From Pyrobaculum aerophilum str. IM2 (GTDB taxonomy: Archaea; Thermoproteota; Thermoprotei; Thermoproteales; Thermoproteaceae), in the NCBI RefSeq assembly GCF_000007225.1, contig NC_003364.1, forward strand, positions 1,500,001 through 1,532,000: 32,000 nt of DNA, given 5' to 3'. The notes under the pieces are model-generated. The model was not told the DNA's origin and did no database searches. It worked only from the letters and a program-made list of their open reading frames with translations. This document shows, in pieces, positions 1 through 7,703 of the stretch (the first letter of the stretch is position 1; every line of letters starts with the position of its first letter). Made by a program: the position numbers and the translations under genes.

Positions 1-279
1 AGCTGAGCTGAGGGCTTCTGGCGAGGCAGTCCTTAGGCGCGTTAGAAACGCGGATTTAGACGGGTGGAGGTAGATCTCCTAGAAGAGTTTTCGTTGCAGA
101 GGTTAAGGTAAGGCCTAGGACGACGTGTGAGCTCTTCTGGCAAAGGCAGAGGTGGTGGGGAGGAAGTTAGACAAGCCGTCAGTCCCAGTTCTCGCGGGCC
201 ACGTACGTGGGGAGGGAAGTGTGGGTGTACGGCAAGCAAGGGCGTGTTGGTGCTTATATAAGCTTCCCTCGGCGCTGGG

Positions 280-789
280 TTAGTTGCTGAGCTTAGCGTT
301 TTTTAGAACTACATTGACCTCCAGCTCCGCCCAGCCGTTGCCTTCGGTTGTGCAACTACCGCTGAGGTAGAAGTCGTAGTTGCCGGGGGCGATTTCCAAG
401 GGGGCATCATACCCAGGGATAATAACCATAATTCTGTAACACGGCCCTGTGGCTACTGCGCAGGGCATGTGGATAACATACTCTTGCCCTCCTACGAGCC
501 TCGCCTTTAGCCCTCCGGCCACTGTGACATTTCCCCCCGCGCCTTTAGTCGCCGTTTGGACTGAGAACTTTATCTCGACGGGTTTCTCGGCTCTTATGGC
601 GCCTACGCGTACCTCCTTTCCGGAGCATATCTCGGCTAGGTCTAGCTGGAGCTCTGCCGGCTCCATTTCCACGCCGTCTGTAGATATTTTGACAACGCCT
701 CTTATGCCTGATCCCACTACCCCAACGCTGGCTATAATTATAAGCATTACAACAGCGGCGAGGATCGCTGCTGTGAATAAAGATTTCAT
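280..789 (-). CDS. hypothetical membrane-anchored/secreted protein
   Basis: The ORF track gives 280..807. The N-terminal hydrophobic segment is MKSLFTAAILAAVVMLIIIASVGVV. The internal ATG at 789 lies about 27-36 nt downstream of a TATA-like ctataaatac (816-825), which fits a leaderless start. No family recognised. Confidence 0.5.
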   Translation of the reverse strand: MKSLFTAAILAAVVMLIIIASVGVVGSGIRGVVKISTDGVEMEPAELQLDLAEICSGKEVRVGAIRAEKPVEIKFSVQTATKGAGGNVTVAGGLKARLVGGQEYVIHMPCAVATGPCYRIMVIIPGYDAPLEIAPGNYDFYLSGSCTTEGNGWAELEVNVVLKNAKLSN

Positions 790-896
790 AATTGCTACAC
801 TTAACAACTATAAATACTTGCCCCTCTAGGCTACTGATTACTGTGTATTTTCTGCCCAGTAGGTATAGTTTTTAAAGAAGCATTCCGCAACGTTAT

Positions 897-1352
897 ATGA
901 ATATTTGGTTGCCGTTGCTTGTGGTTTTTTCCCTCGGCGGGTTGGTAGCCTCTTTGCTTGTGGTATATCTCTTTTATATGATCGGCCAGCTCCCCCCTGG
1001 GTGTTATGCAAATGTTGAAATTTTGCCGGGCGTCACCGCCGACTGCGTAAAGGTATTGCAAAGCGAATATGCCTACATTGGCCCAATTCCGCTCGACGTA
1101 GCCGCGGCGTTTTGGTTTATTGTAAACATCGCCGCCGCGCTTTGGCTATACAGGACGCTTGAGAGGAGGGCGGCGCGTTTTGTCTTCTGGTGGCGCCTGT
1201 TGGGCATTGCCATACTCCCCTACCTCATATATCTCGAATTCGCAGTGTTGAAGGCAGTATGCATTTACTGTACTATAATGCACGCGTTTATCATTGCTGA
1301 CTTCGTTGTAATTACTATGTTTCTAAGGAAAGTCGCCCCTTTAATTAAATGA
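897..1352 (+). CDS. VKOR (vitamin K epoxide reductase) family membrane oxidoreductase
   Basis: The 151-aa multi-TM protein has a loop Cys pair (CYANVEILPGVTADC), a following VLQSEY...GPIPLDV segment, and a CIYC (CXXC) motif in a late TM helix. This is the VKOR-family signature. TATA-like tttttaaag lies about 20-28 nt upstream. Confidence 0.75.
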   Translation: MNIWLPLLVVFSLGGLVASLLVVYLFYMIGQLPPGCYANVEILPGVTADCVKVLQSEYAYIGPIPLDVAAAFWFIVNIAAALWLYRTLERRAARFVFWWRLLGIAILPYLIYLEFAVLKAVCIYCTIMHAFIIADFVVITMFLRKVAPLIK

Positions 1353-1417
1353 GCTAAGCTTACGTGGAGGCCATGTTTAGCGCCCTTATGTTTATATAGA
1401 AACGGCTAGAATGCCTT

Positions 1418-2005
1418 ATGGAGGTGAGGGAGTTGCGCCGTGGCTTCCTCGGGCTCATAGTAGGCGTGCCGATACTATTCTTCACGGCCCTCGCCCTGTT
1501 CTACGCGGCCAGCCTGTCAAATTATTACGAGGAGTTGCCCACGGGAGCGAGACACAACCCAGCGGCGACTATGGCGCTGGCAATCACAGCCATTATAGGT
1601 GGCGTTTTGCTGGCTTATGTCTCGTGGATGTTTTGGAGGGGGTATCAAGCGGCGTTGGGGGATAAGGCCGCGGCAATCGGGGCGTTAGTATTGCTACTAG
1701 GGTATGTGGTCTTCTTCCTATTCCTACCGGCAATATTGGCGGGGAATGTTGGCGGAGTGCTGGCGGCTTTTATCATAGGCGTAGCTCTGACATTTGTTGG
1801 CTACGTCCTGGCATTTATAATACCGGCGTACCGCTTTTATACCCTTACGAAAGACGGGATTTTCCTCGCCGCTGTTATCCTCTACGCCCTCTTCTTCCTA
1901 GGCTTAGTCACAGTTTACATAGCGTGGATTTTAATGTACGTAGGCCTCGGCCGCATTGAAGAGAGGCGCGCCTCGGAGTCTGCCGGGCCTGGAATCTCGG
2001 CGTAA
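1418..2005 (+). CDS. hypothetical polytopic membrane protein
   Basis: 195-aa ORF with several long hydrophobic segments. TATA-like tttatata lies about 20-26 nt upstream. No family recognised. Confidence 0.55.
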   Translation: MEVRELRRGFLGLIVGVPILFFTALALFYAASLSNYYEELPTGARHNPAATMALAITAIIGGVLLAYVSWMFWRGYQAALGDKAAAIGALVLLLGYVVFFLFLPAILAGNVGGVLAAFIIGVALTFVGYVLAFIIPAYRFYTLTKDGIFLAAVILYALFFLGLVTVYIAWILMYVGLGRIEERRASESAGPGISA

Positions 2006-2051
2006 GTTTTTTAACGATAGGGCGACTTCTGCCCGCCAGGGCGTAATTCCC

Positions 2052-3203
2052 CTATTGTTGTTCGGCTTTTTTTAACACTTCGGTGACAGCGGCGTGTACA
2101 ACCTCCACGTCTTCTTTTGATATCATATACGGCGGAAGGAACCTCAAAGTGTTCACCCCCGCGGTTAGGGCCATTACTCCGCGTTCTAAAAGCGGCTGGA
2201 TGAATTGATCTGCCTTAACCCTCAGCTCTAGGCCTAGCATAAGCCCCATTCCCTTCACTCTTACAGCCAGACGGGATCCAGTATCGCCAAGCGCCTTGGC
2301 GAGCTCTGCGCCTATGCGCTCTGCTCTGCCGGGGACGTCCTCCTCTCTTAACAAGCGGGAGGCGGCGGCCGCCGCTGCCATTACCACGGCGTTGCCGGCA
2401 AAGGTAGAGCCGTGCTCTCCCGGCTCAAAGACGTCTCCGAAATCCTCCCTGGCCACCGCCAAGCCGATCGGCAGCCCGCCCGCCACGGGCTTCCCCGCCG
2501 TGAAGATGTCCGGCTCCACTCCGTATTTCTGAAAGGCCCATACGGCGCCAGTCCTGCCAAAGCCTGTCTGCACTTCGTCGAAAATGAGAAGGGCGCCCTT
2601 TCTCTGCGCCTCTTCTCTCAACGCCTTTAAGAACTCAGGGGTGGCCGGGTTCACTCCCCCCTCGCCTTGTATGGGCTCCACAACGACGCAACAAGTGTCC
2701 TCTCCGATTAGTTTATCCACCTCGTGGGGGACGTTGAATTTGCCAAAGCGGACGTGGGGGTAGAGGGGCTCAAAGGCTTTTTTATACTTCTCATTCCACG
2801 TGATGGAGAGCGAGCCCATAGTCCTCCCGTGGAAGCTGTTTGTAAACGCAACAATGGTGGGCTTCCGCGTCACTTTTTTCGCGATTTTAATGGCGACCTC
2901 TACGGCCTCAGTGCCCGTGTTCTGGAGGAACACCACGCCGAATTTGGGGGGAAGGAGTTTGGAGAACTCCTCTATGAACCTCTCCCGGGCGGGGGTGGCG
3001 AAATTTAGGGGGACTGCCCATATTTCCTCTACTTGTTTTTTAACAGCCTCGACAATTTTGGGATTTGCATGTCCGAGGAAGACTACTCCGTGGTTTGTGT
3101 TGCAGTCAATATACCGCTGGCCCTTGTCGTCCCAGACGTATTGCATAAAGCCCTTGACTATACGAATGCCGTACTCCCTGTAATACTTCGCTATCCTCCC
3201 CAT
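2052..3203 (-). CDS. class-III PLP aminotransferase, acetylornithine / LysW-aminoadipate-semialdehyde aminotransferase type (ArgD/LysJ)
   Basis: 383 aa with the typical class-III motifs: FLQNTGTEAVE, SFHGRTMGSLS, EPIQGEGG, LLIFDEVQTGFGRTG and STFAGN. The lysine-bearing FTAGKPVAGGLP is also present. Confidence 0.9.
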   Translation of the reverse strand: MGRIAKYYREYGIRIVKGFMQYVWDDKGQRYIDCNTNHGVVFLGHANPKIVEAVKKQVEEIWAVPLNFATPARERFIEEFSKLLPPKFGVVFLQNTGTEAVEVAIKIAKKVTRKPTIVAFTNSFHGRTMGSLSITWNEKYKKAFEPLYPHVRFGKFNVPHEVDKLIGEDTCCVVVEPIQGEGGVNPATPEFLKALREEAQRKGALLIFDEVQTGFGRTGAVWAFQKYGVEPDIFTAGKPVAGGLPIGLAVAREDFGDVFEPGEHGSTFAGNAVVMAAAAAASRLLREEDVPGRAERIGAELAKALGDTGSRLAVRVKGMGLMLGLELRVKADQFIQPLLERGVMALTAGVNTLRFLPPYMISKEDVEVVHAAVTEVLKKAEQQ

Positions 3204-3446
3204 TAGGGGAGTAATGACGTTAATATATAAACATGAAAGGGCGATTTAACTGCTGGCTGGGAGGCGCCTTGCCTCTGTTTAGAGCATTGGCGTCAGTAGT
3301 ACTCCACTTGGTACACGGGATCTTGTTTTTTTCTGAGGATCTTGACCCATATGTTCTTGCGGGGGTCCATGTCCCTCTGGGAGTTTTTAATAAAAGGCCT
3401 ACGTCTTAAATACAATATAATTTAAAAGCCAGTTGGCGGCAGAAAT

Positions 3447-3689
3447 GTGACTAACCCCATGAAGCAGATTTTTAATAAGCTCAAGTGGACTGGCAAGAAG
3501 GCGTATTTCTGGTATGTGAGCAGAGGCGGCGCAGGGGGCGAGGAGGTGGCCTCTACAGACGACGTTGTTGAAGTGGGCTCTGAGGGCCTCGTCATAAGAG
3601 TAGGCTCGCAGGAGAGGTATATTCCCTACCACAGAATAGTGGAAATTAGGCTTGAGAGCGGAGAGGTCTTGCTCAATAGAAGAAAATAG
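3447..3689 (+). CDS. UPF0248/DUF504 family small protein
   Basis: 80 aa with the pattern KLKW....Y..RG....E.......V........RYIPYHRIVEIR, as I remember it for archaeal DUF504 proteins. Confidence 0.6.
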   Translation: MTNPMKQIFNKLKWTGKKAYFWYVSRGGAGGEEVASTDDVVEVGSEGLVIRVGSQERYIPYHRIVEIRLESGEVLLNRRK

Positions 3690-3754
3690 GCTTGCGAATT
3701 TCCGCCAGCGCGTCTGTGAGTGGGAGTTATAAAAACTGGGGTTTTTTCTAAGGC

Positions 3755-5260
3755 GTGGAGTCTATTACCTCTATAGAGATGTATGTCGCCGATAGAAACG
3801 CCGAGTGGCTCGGCGTGCCCCGTCTCGTCCTAATGGAAAACGCCGGGGCCGCCGTGGCTCGAAACGTGTTGAGGAAATTCCCCACGGCCAAGAGGATACT
3901 AGTGGTTTGCGGCACTGGGGACAACGGAGGCGATGGGTACGTTGCGGCGAGGCACCTTCACGCCGCTGGGAGGACGGTTAGAGTAATAGCGCTTGGAGAG
4001 CCCCGGGAGGAGCTCGCGAGGATTAATTACCAAGCAGTGACGAGGCTTTGGGGGGTTGAGGTGAAGGCGGCCCAGTTACCCCTAGAGCTACTGGCCTTAC
4101 AAGACTGGTTTATGTGGGCTGAGGTAATTGTAGACGCGGTGTTGGGCACTGGGATAAGAGGCGTCTTGAGGGAGCCCCACGCCACAGCCATTGAGCTAAT
4201 GAACATATCCCCGGCGCCCAAAGTGGCTGTGGACGTCCCCAGTGGTCTTGATCCCGACACGGGGGAGGTCAGAGACAAGGCGGTAAGGGCGGCTTTGACT
4301 GTGACTTTCCACAAGGCCAAGAGGGGCTTGCTGGCTCCCGGCGCCCAGAGATACGTGGGGGAGCTCGTGGTAGAGCCCATAGGAATTCCCCCAGAGGCGG
4401 AGCTCGTTGTTGGGCCGGGGGACTTCGCCTATTTGAACTTCACCAGGAGGGCTGATTCAAAAAAGGGAGATCACGGCAGGGTTTTAGTAATTGGCGGCTC
4501 TCTTGAATACTCAGGCGCCCCGGTCTACGTGGCCCTGGCGGCGCTGAGAGCCGGCGTGGATCTCGCAGTAATTGCGGCGCCCGAGCCCGCGGCGTATGCC
4601 GCCAAGGCCATTAGCCCCGACATTATTGCAATCCCCCTGGAGGGCCCCCGCCTCTCCACAAAACATGTAGATAAGCTGGCCTCCCTCGCCGAGAGGTTTA
4701 ACGTAGTGGCCATGGGGCCCGGCCTGGGGGTGGAGGAGGAGACTCAAGAGGCCGTAAGGGAGCTCTTCAGACGCCTGGCTGGGAAGAGGGCCATGGTAAT
4801 TGACGCAGATGCGCTTAAGGCGTTGAGAGGCGTGAGGGCCTCTGGCGCTGTGGTGTACACCCCCCACGCCGGGGAGTTCAAGGCGCTGACAGGAGCGGAG
4901 CCGCCCCAGTCGCTTTCAGAGCGCATGGCAGTGGTTAGGGAACAAGCCGCGGCGCTAGGCGGCGTGATACTCCTCAAGGGGCGTTACGACGTCATTTCAG
5001 ACGGCGTGAGAGTCAAGGTGAACATGACAGGCACCCCCGCGATGACGGTGGGAGGCACAGGCGACGTCTTGACGGGGCTTGTAGCCGCCTTTTTAACTAA
5101 GACAAGCGATCCCCTAGAGGCGGCGGCAGTGGCGGCTTTTGTAAACGGCCTAGCAGGAGAGGATGCCGCCGCGGAATTGGGCTTTCACATCACGGCCTCA
5201 GATCTAATAGAGCGTCTGCCGAGAGTAATTAGGCGTTACGCCTTTGAATCAATCCGCTAA
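3755..5260 (+). CDS. nnr: bifunctional NAD(P)H-hydrate repair enzyme Nnr (YjeF_N epimerase + YjeF_C ADP-dependent dehydratase)
   Basis: 501 aa. The N-terminal half has GTGDNGGDGYVAARHL (YjeF_N). The C-terminal half has KGDHGRVLVIGGS...GAP, TPHAGEF and GGTGDVLTG (carbohydrate-kinase-like YjeF_C). Confidence 0.9.
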   Translation: MESITSIEMYVADRNAEWLGVPRLVLMENAGAAVARNVLRKFPTAKRILVVCGTGDNGGDGYVAARHLHAAGRTVRVIALGEPREELARINYQAVTRLWGVEVKAAQLPLELLALQDWFMWAEVIVDAVLGTGIRGVLREPHATAIELMNISPAPKVAVDVPSGLDPDTGEVRDKAVRAALTVTFHKAKRGLLAPGAQRYVGELVVEPIGIPPEAELVVGPGDFAYLNFTRRADSKKGDHGRVLVIGGSLEYSGAPVYVALAALRAGVDLAVIAAPEPAAYAAKAISPDIIAIPLEGPRLSTKHVDKLASLAERFNVVAMGPGLGVEEETQEAVRELFRRLAGKRAMVIDADALKALRGVRASGAVVYTPHAGEFKALTGAEPPQSLSERMAVVREQAAALGGVILLKGRYDVISDGVRVKVNMTGTPAMTVGGTGDVLTGLVAAFLTKTSDPLEAAAVAAFVNGLAGEDAAAELGFHITASDLIERLPRVIRRYAFESIR

Positions 5261-5277
5261 ACTACACAGCCCGGTGC

Positions 5278-5721
5278 CTAGGGCCTTATCCTTCTGGTTA
5301 ATTCCTCCACCAGCCTTTTTACTCTGGCATGCGCCTGTCTCACAGACTCGGCAGTTGCCCATCCCTCGTAGAAGTTTATGTGCATGGCGTTTGCCTGGGC
5401 CCAGGCGTCGTGTACCCAATCGCCAAGCTCCCCGGCGATTTTGTCCTTGTATCGCCACAGCTCTCCGTGGGAGGACAGCCTAACTCCCTCCCGCCAGTAG
5501 GCGTAGGCCTTAACTGCAAGCGCTGCGGCTCTCCACGCCTTTTCGCTGGCCTGGCGCAAATCCCCCCTCTCCAGCTCCTCCCCGGCGGCTTTTAAAAGCT
5601 CAAGGGCGGCTTCGGCGTAGGCAATCGCCCTCCCAGGCGGGTCAACGTCGGATAATAAATGATCTAACACGTAATCTTCAAGCGAAACCCCCTCCTCAAC
5701 GGCCTTCTTGCGTACCTTCAT
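5278..5721 (-). CDS. PaREP1-family protein (HEPN-like helical domain)
   Basis: The ORF track gives 5278..5736 with a GTG start. The ATG at 5721 (MKVRKK...) sits 24-33 nt downstream of a TATA-like gttaaaaatt on the - strand (5745-5754). The sequence LELLKAAGEELERGDLRQASEKAWRAAALAVKAYA...HGELWRY...AMHINFYEGW resembles the Pyrobaculum PaREP1 family as I recall it. Confidence 0.65.
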   Translation of the reverse strand: MKVRKKAVEEGVSLEDYVLDHLLSDVDPPGRAIAYAEAALELLKAAGEELERGDLRQASEKAWRAAALAVKAYAYWREGVRLSSHGELWRYKDKIAGELGDWVHDAWAQANAMHINFYEGWATAESVRQAHARVKRLVEELTRRIRP

Positions 5722-5779
5722 GACTCTCCCTTGCACGTCTCCCCAATTTTTAACTTTTCTCTTTCAACTGTCGCCTTTA

Positions 5780-6000
5780 GATGTTGAGCGGAGTCAGGTG
5801 CGTGTTACGTTCAACATCGGCCTGGCTGCGCCCCTTGGCGCCCCGTTCCTAGATGTTGAACAGGACTTTGTTCAACATTGCGACTTTCAACTCCCGGATG
5901 TTGAACTGGATATTGCTTTCAGCTCCCAGACGTTGAACTGGACGCAAGAGGAGCTGTCATCCCACGGCTGGGGCGTGCCAGTTGGTTAGCGCCCCCTACG
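5780..6000 (-). ncRNA. candidate TnpB omega-RNA (reRNA) scaffold region; extent not determined
   Basis: Inference only. In characterised TnpB systems the guide RNA is transcribed from the 3' end of tnpB plus the right end. This stretch lies immediately 3' of tnpB on the - strand and is packed with hairpins. Confidence 0.25.
5851..5979. repeat. left inverted-repeat copy (adjacent to the tnpB stop codon)
   Basis: Contains a perfect 9-bp hairpin, atgttgaac-N8-gttcaacat (5853-5878). It also has a tandem 27-nt unit, ctttcaRctcccRgaYgttgaactgga, at 5884-5910 and 5916-5942. By eye it aligns with the reverse complement of 7296-7424 at roughly three quarters identity. Confidence 0.8.
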
Positions 6001-7144
6001 AGACAGGTATCAGCAACGGGGATGGGGAAAAAGAGGGGGGTTGAATTAACTCGGAGAACCTTCTCACGGCCCACAACAGCGGGATTTTGTCCCTCGGCGC
6101 CTTGAACCCACAACGCTGACATTTGACTTTTCTGTTCGGCAATTCCTCCATTCTGCTTTCACAACGGGGACAGACAGTGCTGTACAGTCTCTCTTCGCGA
6201 TACGGCACTCCGTACCACTCCGCCAGCTCTCTTATCCTCCTCCTCAGTCTCCCTATGTTTAGGTATATCTTTCTGTTTGGCGTATAATTCCCTTCCATTA
6301 GTTCCCTCACGGACTCGTCCTCTGGCGCGTCTACCACTATTGCGGCCTTCTGCTTTATGGCCAGCTCAACTAGTCTCTTGGCCGCCTCGTCTTCAAACCG
6401 TCGCAACAATCGCCAGAGGCGGCTCTTCGCCTCTCTCGCCTTTTCGCAGTAGTCTCCTCCCCTCTCCGCGCAGAGAGAGTCTAGGCGGGATATCTCCTTT
6501 TGCAACTTCCCGACGCGGACTAAATCTGGTCTCTCGGTATCGCGCCTTATTACCCTCTCGCCGTCTACAACGCCCCAGGAGACGCCGTTATGAAGGGCGT
6601 TGAGATCAATCGCCATGATACGAATTGGATGATACTGTTCTGTCTCTCTAGCAAAGACGAGTGCCAGATTGAAGGCGACTAAGTTTGTCTGCCTGGTGTG
6701 GCCGATCCACGCGTAGGCTAGTTTCAGCCACGCCCCCTCCCTCAGTCTCTGAGTTATCCACTTGATTTCTGATTTTCTAAGCCGTATTTCAATCGTGCCC
6801 CCGCCCCATTTTCTAATTCTGATGTCCCCTCTTGACAAATCGACTAAGACACCGCGACTCTGATCCCTTTCGTTATTTTCGCGGAGCTGTGCGTCAAACG
6901 GTAAAGGTACCCTCCAGACGCCGTTTTTGAGACCGTTGGTGGGGATCAGTCTCATACCGTACTTTAGTTCCACTGCGAAGTACTTCAGCGGACTCTCCTC
7001 TGGTGCTGGCACCTTGAATCCCGACTTGTACCACTGGGTAGCCCACTCCCTGAACTTCTGTTGCACCTCGAGGAACTTAACTAACTTCTCTGGCGGGGTT
7101 TCCTCAATCTTTCTTCGTACTACCAGGGTTCTGTATACCTTCAT
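5996..7144 (-). CDS. tnpB: TnpB / IS605 OrfB-family RNA-guided endonuclease-like protein
   Basis: 382 aa. A RuvC-I-like IMAIDLN is present. A C-terminal zinc ribbon CPRCESRMEELPNRKVKCQRCGF is followed by APRDKIP (RuvC-III-like RD). The overall layout is typical of OrfB/TnpB. Confidence 0.88.
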   Translation of the reverse strand: MKVYRTLVVRRKIEETPPEKLVKFLEVQQKFREWATQWYKSGFKVPAPEESPLKYFAVELKYGMRLIPTNGLKNGVWRVPLPFDAQLRENNERDQSRGVLVDLSRGDIRIRKWGGGTIEIRLRKSEIKWITQRLREGAWLKLAYAWIGHTRQTNLVAFNLALVFARETEQYHPIRIMAIDLNALHNGVSWGVVDGERVIRRDTERPDLVRVGKLQKEISRLDSLCAERGGDYCEKAREAKSRLWRLLRRFEDEAAKRLVELAIKQKAAIVVDAPEDESVRELMEGNYTPNRKIYLNIGRLRRRIRELAEWYGVPYREERLYSTVCPRCESRMEELPNRKVKCQRCGFKAPRDKIPLLWAVRRFSELIQPPSFSPSPLLIPVS

Positions 7145-7184
7145 GCCCCGTCCTGTGCACTTGCAGTTTTGAAGTTTCTCGCCG

Positions 7185-7285
7185 TCCTGAGTCCGCTCCT
7201 GAAACGGTGTTTTCCCCGCTTTAATTTCCTGAATTTTTCAGGAACTTGCGCCGAATTTTCCGTCGACTCAGGAGGTGTCTCAGGA
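7185..7285. promoter_or_regulatory. mirror-symmetric array of TCCTGA / TCAGGA hexamers in the tnpB leader
   Basis: TCCTGA occurs at 7185, 7197 and 7227. TCAGGA occurs at 7238, 7268 and 7280. The spacings are 12 and 30 nt on both sides of a centre at about 7235. The central pair forms ttcctgaa-ttt-ttcaggaa. Confidence 0.5.
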
Positions 7286-7295
7286 AAGGGGGCGG

Positions 7296-7424
7296 CCCAA
7301 CGCCCAGACGTGGGATGACAACCCTCTCCGTGCCTGGTTCAACACCTGAGAGCTGAAACCCGGACTCAGTTCAACATTTGGGAGTTGAAAGCCGCGATGT
7401 TGAACAAACTCCCGTTCAACGTTC
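7296..7424. repeat. right inverted-repeat copy (upstream of tnpB)
   Basis: The reverse complement reads gaacgttgaacgggagtttgttcaacatcgcggctttcaactcccaaatgttgaactgag...tttcagctctcaggtgttgaacc...tgtcatcccacgtctggg. This matches 5851-5979 block by block. Confidence 0.8.
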
Positions 7425-7703
7425 AGTAGCTGAGAGAGAAAAGTTGGGGGTGTCAAAAGAGGCTCATGAGAGTACGGGGCGGGGCGGTCCTGGCGGGCGA
7501 TCACTGTGAGATCCCCCGCGCTGTCCCACATATTATACGCCGAGGCGAAGTATCACATCAGCGACTTGGGCACAACGCCCACAGATCTGCCGCTGGGCCG
7601 GGAGACCCAATTCACTGTCGGCAAGATGTTGGCCAATTGTCCCCCAGTAGCCTGATAAAAATTTCTAAACGCCGCGTTTATTAATAAGAGTTCTAGGGCT
7701 GTT

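Larger units (their letters stand above)
5760..7430 (-). mobile_element. IS200/IS605-group (IS1341-like, tnpB-only) element with atypical ~130-bp inverted flanks; boundaries approximate
   Basis: The tnpB ORF is flanked by inverted copies of a GTTGAAC-rich sequence (5851-5979 versus the reverse complement of 7296-7424), plus an extra hairpin at 5780-5818. No tnpA is present. Confidence 0.6.

Noticed and set aside
1-279. This is a non-coding-looking leader region. It has a P-rich 65-aa ORF (42..239, -), a 12-nt palindrome ccacgtacgtgg (199-210), a palindromic TATA-like gcttatataagc (253-264) and G-rich tracts.
   Set aside because: The ORF is low-complexity with a TTG start and is not convincing. 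I could not recognise any known RNA (tRNA, SRP, RNase P, C/D box). The window edge truncates the context. It is left unannotated, and RNA-seq would be needed.
449-829. Long ORFs lie antisense to confidently called genes. Examples are 449..829(+), 4027..4380(-), 11333..11848(-), 12725..13147(-), 13513..13917(+), 26917..27465(+) and 29020..29439(-).
   Set aside because: These are shadow ORFs, which are expected in GC-rich DNA. Their translations are low-complexity (Ala/Arg/Pro/Ser-rich) and carry no motifs, and the opposite strand encodes clearly recognisable proteins.
3293-3370. A small - strand ORF, MDPRKNIWVKILRKKQDPVYQVEYY (25 aa), is preceded by a TATA-like ttttattaaaaa and lies upstream of the aminotransferase gene.
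   Set aside because: It is too short to support from sequence alone and I recognise no family. It contains an A7 run, so even the frame is uncertain. It would need conservation or ribosome-profiling evidence.
5760-5980. A repeated GTTGAAC-containing unit might be a short CRISPR array.
   Set aside because: The units occur in both orientations, and the spacing is irregular (8-nt loops, 5-nt gaps). There are no unique spacer-length inserts, and the same sequence is mirrored on the other side of tnpB. This is transposon-end or structured-RNA architecture, not CRISPR.
5708-5989. Track ORFs 5708..5989 (+) and 7280..7531 (-) have similar translations (…LDVEQDFVQHCDFQLPDVEL… versus …LNVEREFVQHRGFQLPNVEL…), which could suggest a duplicated small gene.
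   Set aside because: The similarity is a by-product of the nucleotide-level inverted repeat flanking tnpB. The peptides are dominated by the translated GTTGAAC palindromes. They lack plausible starts or promoters and have no protein-like features.
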